Sequence record: MZ170040.1
Source: Escherichia phage vB_EcoM_FJ1
Reading direction: 5' to 3' (one strand)
Length of the DNA: 64,000 nucleotides
The notes under the pieces were generated by a model. That model ran no database searches. It was not told where the DNA came from and was given only the letters and a program-made list of their open reading frames with translations. The translations under genes and the position numbers were made by a program. Below, piece by piece: positions 57,391 to 64,000 of this stretch. Position 1 is the stretch's first letter; every line of letters starts with the position of its first letter.

Positions 57391-59101
57391 TAACCTTAAT
57401 TGGTTTGTTGGTGTTGTTGAAGATAGAATGGACCCATTAAAATTAGGTCGTGTTCGTGTTCGTGTGGTTGGTTTGCATCCACCTCAAAGAGCACAAGGTG
57501 ATGTAATGGGTATTCCAACTGAAAAATTACCATGGATGTCAGTTATTCAACCTATAACTTCGGCAGCTATGTCTGGAATTGGAGGTTCCGTTACTGGACC
57601 AGTAGAAGGAACTAGAGTTTATGGTCATTTTTTAGACAAATGGAAAACTAACGGAATTGTCCTTGGCACGTATGGTGGAATAGTTCGCGAAAAACCGAAT
57701 AGACTTGAAGGATTTTCTGACCCAACTGGACAGTATCCTAGACGTTTAGGAAATGATACGAACGTATTAAACCAAGGCGGAGAAGTAGGATATGATTCGT
57801 CTTCTAACATTATCCAAGATAGTAACTTAGACACCGCAATAAATCCCGATGATAGACCACTATCAGAGATTCCAACCGATGATAATCCAAATATGTCAAT
57901 GGCTGACATGCTTCGCCGTGATGAAGGATTAAGACTAAAAGTTTATTGGGATACCGAAGGATATCCTACAATTGGTATTGGTCATCTTATCATGAAGCAG
58001 CCAGTTCGTGATATGGCTCAAATTAATAAAGTTTTATCGAAACAAGTTGGTCGTGAAATTACTGGAAACCCAGGTTCTATTACAATGGAAGAAGCGACGA
58101 CTTTATTTGAACGTGATTTAGCTGATATGCAACGCGACATTAAATCGCATTCTAAAGTTGGCCCAGTTTGGCAGGCAGTTAATCGTTCTCGTCAAATGGC
58201 ATTAGAAAATATGGCATTTCAGATGGGTGTTGGCGGTGTAGCTAAATTTAACACAATGTTAACTGCTATGTTAGCCGGAGATTGGGAAAAAGCATATAAA
58301 GCTGGTCGTGATTCATTGTGGTATCAACAAACAAAAGGCCGTGCATCCCGTGTTACCATGATTATTCTTACGGGGAATTTGGAATCATATGGTGTTGAAG
58401 TGAAAACTCCAGCTAGGTCTTTATCGGCAATGGCTGTGACTGTAGCTAAATCTTCTGACCCTGCTGACCCTCCTATTCCAAATGACTCGAGAATTTTATT
58501 CAAAGAACCAGTTTCTTCATATAAAGGCGAATATCCGTATGTTCATACAATGGAAACTGAAAGCGGACATATTCAGGAATTTGATGATACCCCTGGGCAA
58601 GAACGATATAGATTAGTTCATCCAACTGGAACTTATGAAGAAGTATCACCATCAGGAAGAAGAACAAGAAAAACTGTTGATAATTTGTATGATATAACCA
58701 ACGCTGATGGTAATTTTTTGGTAGCCGGCGATAAAAAGACTAACGTCGGTGGATCAGAAATTTATTACAACATGGATAATCGTCTTCACCAAATAGATGG
58801 AAGCAATACAATATTTGTACGTGGCGATGAAACTAAGACGGTTGAAGGTAATGGAACTATCCTAGTTAAAGGTAATGTTACTATTGTAGTTGAAGGCAAT
58901 GCTGACATTACAGTTAAAGGAGATGCTACCACTTTAGTTGAAGGAAATCAAACTAACACAGTAAATGGAAACCTTTCTTGGAAAGTTGCCGGGACAGTTG
59001 ATTGGGACGTTGGTGGTGATTGGACAGAAAAAATGGCATCTATGAGTTCTATTTCATCTGGTCAATACACAATTGATGGATCGAGGATTGACATTGGCTA
59101 A
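57374..59101 (+). CDS. 5: baseplate hub/cell-puncturing protein gp5 with lysozyme domain
   Basis: 575 aa; OB-fold N-terminus, internal lysozyme domain (DMLRRDEGLRLKVYWDTEGYPTIGIGHLI, paralogous to gene e), C-terminal beta-helix VxGxxxxx repeats. Confidence 0.95.
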   Translation: MEMISNNLNWFVGVVEDRMDPLKLGRVRVRVVGLHPPQRAQGDVMGIPTEKLPWMSVIQPITSAAMSGIGGSVTGPVEGTRVYGHFLDKWKTNGIVLGTYGGIVREKPNRLEGFSDPTGQYPRRLGNDTNVLNQGGEVGYDSSSNIIQDSNLDTAINPDDRPLSEIPTDDNPNMSMADMLRRDEGLRLKVYWDTEGYPTIGIGHLIMKQPVRDMAQINKVLSKQVGREITGNPGSITMEEATTLFERDLADMQRDIKSHSKVGPVWQAVNRSRQMALENMAFQMGVGGVAKFNTMLTAMLAGDWEKAYKAGRDSLWYQQTKGRASRVTMIILTGNLESYGVEVKTPARSLSAMAVTVAKSSDPADPPIPNDSRILFKEPVSSYKGEYPYVHTMETESGHIQEFDDTPGQERYRLVHPTGTYEEVSPSGRRTRKTVDNLYDITNADGNFLVAGDKKTNVGGSEIYYNMDNRLHQIDGSNTIFVRGDETKTVEGNGTILVKGNVTIVVEGNADITVKGDATTLVEGNQTNTVNGNLSWKVAGTVDWDVGGDWTEKMASMSSISSGQYTIDGSRIDIG

Positions 59102-59630
59102 TATACTTCCAATGAGCGCTGATTTAGGAGAATCCATGGAAGGTTCTTCTATCGACGTCACCTTTACCGCTCAATTAGAAACAGGTGAAACGTTAGTATC
59201 TATAAATATAACTAGTTACGAAGAAACTCCTGGGGTTTTAGTAGAAGAAAATCGCTTATATGGAACATATGAATCTGTATTTGGTTTCGGAAATGACGCG
59301 TTGAAATATCGTTTAGGCGATGAATTTAAAACTGCTGCTTCATGGGAAGAACTTCCTACTGATTCTAATACTCAGTTGTATTTGTGGAAAGCTCCCCAAA
59401 ATCTCCAGAAGACATTCACTTACGAAGTAACATTAATATATGACTACCAAGAACAAAGTGAATCTGGAGGTTCTGGCAGTAATTCTAGGTCATCTTCTGA
59501 TACTACTGAACCGGCAGATCCTCCTGCTCCAGTAAGAAAAACTCTCGTTAAAAATTATACTAAAACTATAGTTGGAAATTGGAGTCGTTGGGCTAATAAA
59601 CTGAGAAGCTATGTGTATGAGAGGCCATAA
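59073..59630 (+). CDS. 5.1: gp5.1-like baseplate-associated protein
   Basis: 185-aa ORF overlapping the gp5 end; position as T4 5.1. Confidence 0.6.
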
Positions 59631-59924
59631 ATGTCAGGATTAAGTTATGATAAGTGTGTTACTGCTGGCCATGAAGCGTGGCCTCCAACAGTTGTGAATG
59701 CTACACAAAGTAAAGTATTCACTGGAGGAATTGCTGTTCTCGTAGCAGGCGATCCAATTACAGAACACACAGAAATTAAAAAGCCATATGAAACACATGG
59801 CGGAGTGACACAACCCAGAACTTCTAAAGTATATGTCACTGGAAAGAAAGCTGTTCAAATGGCTGATCCAATATCATGCGGTGATACTGTGGCTCAGGCA
59901 TCATCTAAAGTATTCATTAAATAG
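59631..59924 (+). CDS. 5.4: PAAR-repeat spike-tip protein gp5.4
   Basis: 97 aa, the T4 gp5.4 length; Gly/Val-rich PAAR-like repeats; between gp5 and gp6. Confidence 0.8.
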
Positions 59925-59932
59925 GATTTAAA

Positions 59933-61915
59933 ATGGCAAATACCCCTGTAAATTATCAATTAACAAGAACAGCAAATGCTATTCCCGAGATATTCGTCGG
60001 GGGTACGTTTGCTGAAATAAAACAAAACCTCATTGAATGGCTTAATGGTCAAAATGAATTTTTGGATTATGATTTTGAAGGCTCAAGATTAAACGTTCTG
60101 TGTGACCTTTTGGCTTATAATACGCTGTACATTCAACAGTTTGGTAATGCTGCTGTGTATGAAAGCTTTATGCGTACTGCTAACTTACGAAGTTCAGTTG
60201 TTCAAGCTGCACAAGATAACGGATATTTACCTACTTCAAAATCCGCTGCGCAGACCGAAATTATGTTAACATGCACAGATGCATTGAATAGAAATTACAT
60301 TACTATTCCTCGCGGTACTCGCTTTTTAGCATATGCAAAGGATACTTCTGTTAATCCTTATAACTTTGTATCTACCGAAGATGTTATTGCTATTCGTGAT
60401 AAAAATAACCAATATTTTCCGCGTTTAAAATTAGCCCAGGGGCGTATAGTAAGAACTGAAATCATTTATGATAAGTTAACACCTATTATCATTTATGATA
60501 AAAATATTGATAGAAACCAGGTTAAATTATATGTTGATGGAGCGGAATGGATTAACTGGACGAGAAAGTCAATGGTTCATGCTGGTTCAACATCAACGAT
60601 TTACTATATGCGTGAAACTATTGATGGAAACACTGAATTCTATTTTGGCGAAGGTGAAATTTCTGTTAATGCTTCTGAAGGAGCTTTGACCGCTAATTAT
60701 ATCGGAGGTCTTAAACCTACCCAGAACTCTACGATTGTTATTGAGTACATCAGTACTAACGGTGCAGATGCGAATGGCGCAGTCGGATTTTCATATGCAG
60801 ATACATTAACAAATATAACTGTCATCAATATTAATGAAAATCCAAACGACGACCCAGATTTTGTCGGAGCAGATGGCGGCGGTGATCCAGAAGATATTGA
60901 GCGTATTCGCGAATTGGGTACTATTAAACGCGAAACTCAGCAACGATGCGTAACTGCGACTGACTACGATACATTCGTTTCAGAGAGATTTGGTTCTATT
61001 ATTCAAGCTGTTCAAACTTTCACTGATTCTACTAAACCTGGGTATGCATTTATTGCTGCTAAACCTAAATCAGGACTGTATTTAACTACTGTACAACGTG
61101 AAGATATTAAAAATTATCTCAAAGACTATAATTTAGCTCCTATTACACCATCAATTATTTCTCCTAATTATCTTTTTATTAAGACTAATTTAAAAGTCAC
61201 ATATGCTTTAAATAAGCTGCAAGAATCCGAACAGTGGCTCGAAGGTCAAATAATTGATAAAATTGATCGTTATTATACCGAAGATGTAGAAATTTTTAAC
61301 TCGTCTTTCGCTAAATCTAAGATGTTGACATATGTAGATGATGCAGATCATTCTGTCATTGGTTCATCAGCGACTATTCAAATGGTTCGTGAAGTACAAA
61401 ACTTCTATAAAACGCCTGAAGCGGGTATTAAATACAATAATCAAATAAAAGATCGTTCTATGGAATCTAATACGTTTTCATTTAATTCTGGACGAAAGGT
61501 TGTAAATCCTGATACTGGTTTAGAAGAAGATGTATTATATGACGTTCGTATAGTATCAACAGACCGAGATTCTAAAGGAATTGGTAAAGTTATTATTGGT
61601 CCATTTGCTTCTGGCGATGTTACAGAAAATGAAAACATTCAGCCGTATACAGGCAATGATTTTAATAAATTAGCAAATTCTGATGGACGTGACAAATATT
61701 ATGTTATCGGTGAAATAAATTATCCGGCTGACATGATTTATTGGAATATCGCTAAAATTAATTTAACATCTGAAAAATTTGAAGTTCAGACCATTGAATT
61801 ATATTCTGACCCAACCGATGATGTTATCTTTACTCGCGATGGTTCACTGATTGTATTTGAAAATGACTTACGTCCACAATACTTAACTATCGATTTGGAG
61901 CCTATATCACAATGA
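59933..61915 (+). CDS. 6: baseplate wedge protein gp6
   Basis: 660-aa ORF, the T4 gp6 length; stop overlaps the gp7 start as ATGA. Confidence 0.9.
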   Translation: MANTPVNYQLTRTANAIPEIFVGGTFAEIKQNLIEWLNGQNEFLDYDFEGSRLNVLCDLLAYNTLYIQQFGNAAVYESFMRTANLRSSVVQAAQDNGYLPTSKSAAQTEIMLTCTDALNRNYITIPRGTRFLAYAKDTSVNPYNFVSTEDVIAIRDKNNQYFPRLKLAQGRIVRTEIIYDKLTPIIIYDKNIDRNQVKLYVDGAEWINWTRKSMVHAGSTSTIYYMRETIDGNTEFYFGEGEISVNASEGALTANYIGGLKPTQNSTIVIEYISTNGADANGAVGFSYADTLTNITVININENPNDDPDFVGADGGGDPEDIERIRELGTIKRETQQRCVTATDYDTFVSERFGSIIQAVQTFTDSTKPGYAFIAAKPKSGLYLTTVQREDIKNYLKDYNLAPITPSIISPNYLFIKTNLKVTYALNKLQESEQWLEGQIIDKIDRYYTEDVEIFNSSFAKSKMLTYVDDADHSVIGSSATIQMVREVQNFYKTPEAGIKYNNQIKDRSMESNTFSFNSGRKVVNPDTGLEEDVLYDVRIVSTDRDSKGIGKVIIGPFASGDVTENENIQPYTGNDFNKLANSDGRDKYYVIGEINYPADMIYWNIAKINLTSEKFEVQTIELYSDPTDDVIFTRDGSLIVFENDLRPQYLTIDLEPISQ

Positions 61916-64000
61916 CAGTAAAAGCACCTTCAGTCACTAGTCTCAGAATTTCCAAGTTATCCGCAAATCAGGTGCAAGTACGCTGGGATGACGTTGGTGC
62001 TAATTTCTACTATTTTGTAGAAATCGCTGAGACAAAAACAAACTCGGGGGAAAATCTCCCGAGTAATCAATACAGATGGATTAACTTAGGATATACTGCA
62101 AATAACAGCTTCTTTTTTGATGATGCTGATCCATTAACAACATACATTATTAGAGTAGCTACGGCGGCGCAAGATTTTGAGCAGTCTGATTGGATTTATA
62201 CCGAAGAGTTTGAAACTTTTGCTACAAATGCTTATACATTTCAAAACATGATTGAAATGCAATTAGCCAATAAATTCATTCAGGAAAAATTTACTCTTAA
62301 TAATTCTGATTATGTTAATTTTAATAATGATACTATAATGGCTGCATTGATGAATGAATCATTTCAATTCAGCCCATCATATGTTGATGTTTCATCAATA
62401 AGTAATTTTATTATTGGTGAAAATGAATATCATGAAATACAAGGTTCTATTCAACAAGTATGTAAGGATATTAACCGTGTTTATTTGATGGAATCAGAAG
62501 GGATTCTATATCTTTTTGAGCGCTATCAACCCGTAGTTAAAGTATCCAATGATAAAGGACAAACCTGGAAAGCTGTAAAGCTCTTCAATGACCGTGTAGG
62601 ATATCCTTTATCTAAGACAGTATATTACCAATCTGCGAACACAACATACGTTCTAGGATACGACAAGATTTTCTATGGCCGCAAATCTACTGATGTTAGA
62701 TGGTCAGCTGATGATGTCAGATTTAGTTCACAGGATATAACATTTGCTAAACTTGGCGACCAATTACATCTAGGATTTGATGTAGAAATTTTTGCCACTT
62801 ACGCGACTTTGCCAGCGAATGTATACCGCATTGCAGAAGCTATTACTTGCACCGATGATTACATTTACGTTGTCGCCAGAGACAAAGTTAGATACATAAA
62901 AACGAGTAATGCACCTATAGATTCTGATCCATTATCTCCAACATATTCGGAAAGACTTTTTGAACCTGATACAATGACTATAACTGGAAATCCTAAAGCA
63001 GTATGCTATAAAATGGATTCTATCGGTGATAAAGTTTTTGCTCTTATTATTGGTGAAGTTGAAACATTAAATGCCAATCCGAGAACATCAAAAATAATTG
63101 ATTCTGCTGATAAAGGAATATATGTTTTAAATCATGATGAAAAAACATGGAAAAGAGTTTTCGGTAATACCGAAGAAGAAAGAAGACGTATTCAACCCGG
63201 ATATGCGAATATGTCAACTGACGGTAAATTAGTTTCTCTGTCTTCGAGTAATTTTAAATTTTTAAGTGATAACGTTGTTAATGACCCTGAAACTGCTGTA
63301 AAATACCAGTTAATCGGTGCTGTTAAATATGAATTTCCTCGCGAATGGTTAGCTGATAAACATTATCATATGATGGCGTTTATAGCGGATGAAAAATCTG
63401 ATTGGGAGACTTTTACTCCTCAACCGATGAAATACTACGCAGAACCGTTCTTTAACTGGTCTAAAAAATCTAACACTCGTTGTTGGATAAACAACTCTGA
63501 TAGAGCTGTAGTAGTTTATGCGGATTTAAAATACACCAAAGTTATAGAAAATATTCCGGAAACATCACCAGATAGATTAGTTCATGAATACTGGGATGAT
63601 GGTGATTGCACTATAGTAATGCCAAATGTTAAATTTACTGGATTTAAAAAATATGCATCTGGGATGCTTTTCTATAAAGCCTCTGGTGAAATAATTTCTT
63701 ACTATGATTTTAACTATCGCGTGAGAGATACAGTAGAAATTATTTGGAAGCCAACTGAAGTATTTTTAAAAGCATTTTTACAAAACCAAGAGCATGAAAC
63801 TCCTTGGTCGCCTGAAGAAGAGCGTGGATTGGCTGACCCTGATTTAAGACCATTGATTGGCACAATGATGCCTGATTCTTATTTGTTACAGGATTCGAAT
63901 TTTGAGGCATTTTGCGAAGCATATATTCAGTATCTTTCTGATGGATATGGAACTCAGTATAACAATTTACGAAATTTAATTCGTAACAAATATCCACGAG
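61912..64000 (+). CDS. 7: baseplate wedge protein gp7, N-terminal part only (runs off the window end)
   Basis: ATG at 61912; open frame to position 64000 (about 696 codons of roughly 1030 expected); position after gp6. Confidence 0.8.
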   Translation, partial: MTVKAPSVTSLRISKLSANQVQVRWDDVGANFYYFVEIAETKTNSGENLPSNQYRWINLGYTANNSFFFDDADPLTTYIIRVATAAQDFEQSDWIYTEEFETFATNAYTFQNMIEMQLANKFIQEKFTLNNSDYVNFNNDTIMAALMNESFQFSPSYVDVSSISNFIIGENEYHEIQGSIQQVCKDINRVYLMESEGILYLFERYQPVVKVSNDKGQTWKAVKLFNDRVGYPLSKTVYYQSANTTYVLGYDKIFYGRKSTDVRWSADDVRFSSQDITFAKLGDQLHLGFDVEIFATYATLPANVYRIAEAITCTDDYIYVVARDKVRYIKTSNAPIDSDPLSPTYSERLFEPDTMTITGNPKAVCYKMDSIGDKVFALIIGEVETLNANPRTSKIIDSADKGIYVLNHDEKTWKRVFGNTEEERRRIQPGYANMSTDGKLVSLSSSNFKFLSDNVVNDPETAVKYQLIGAVKYEFPREWLADKHYHMMAFIADEKSDWETFTPQPMKYYAEPFFNWSKKSNTRCWINNSDRAVVVYADLKYTKVIENIPETSPDRLVHEYWDDGDCTIVMPNVKFTGFKKYASGMLFYKASGEIISYYDFNYRVRDTVEIIWKPTEVFLKAFLQNQEHETPWSPEEERGLADPDLRPLIGTMMPDSYLLQDSNFEAFCEAYIQYLSDGYGTQYNNLRNLIRNKYPR

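Noticed and set aside
57625-61638. Minus-strand ORFs inside late genes 5, 5.4 and 6 (57625..57909, 59640..59858, 59645..59839, 61441..61638)
   Set aside because: Antisense to well-supported baseplate genes; no promoters on that strand.
63740-63997. 85-aa minus-strand ORF near the window end
   Set aside because: Antisense inside the gp7 coding region.

Overview
This window is a contiguous segment of a T4-like (T-even, Tevenvirinae-type) coliphage genome. Gene order and protein sequences match the T4 early/middle region closely: 41-40-uvsX-[glycosyltransferase]-42-imm-43-regA-62-44-45-rpbA-46-47-a-gt-55-nrdH-nrdG-nrdD-49-pin-nrdC-(long block of small ORFs)-rI-tk-regB-denV-e-nudE-tRNA cluster/segB-57B-57A-1-3-2-4, all on the minus strand. 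From about 56.8 kb the late baseplate genes 53-5-5.1-5.4-6-7 run on the plus strand. The lysozyme e protein is near-identical to T4 lysozyme, but the phage is not T4 itself: the beta-gt locus holds a different 282-aa glycosyltransferase, nrdD has no intron, and homing-endonuclease genes sit at non-T4 positions. All T4 comparisons are from memory; no database search was run. RNA features are nine minus-strand tRNAs (including a type-II tRNA with GUA anticodon that I do not recall in T4) and a stable-RNA region after tRNA-Arg. Regulatory features include a highly conserved family of minus-strand early promoters (GTTTAC, 18 nt, TACTAT/TATAAT), MotA-box middle promoters, TATAAATA late promoters and many GC-stem UUCG/GNRA-loop terminators. 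Best candidates for undescribed or accessory biology: three capsid-targeting-sequence internal proteins (one in a cassette flanked by duplicated terminators), a nucleotidyltransferase-fold protein coupled to a membrane protein, tandem paralog families in the nrdC-tk and nudE-tRNA blocks, a macro-domain protein, and the homing-endonuclease insertions.
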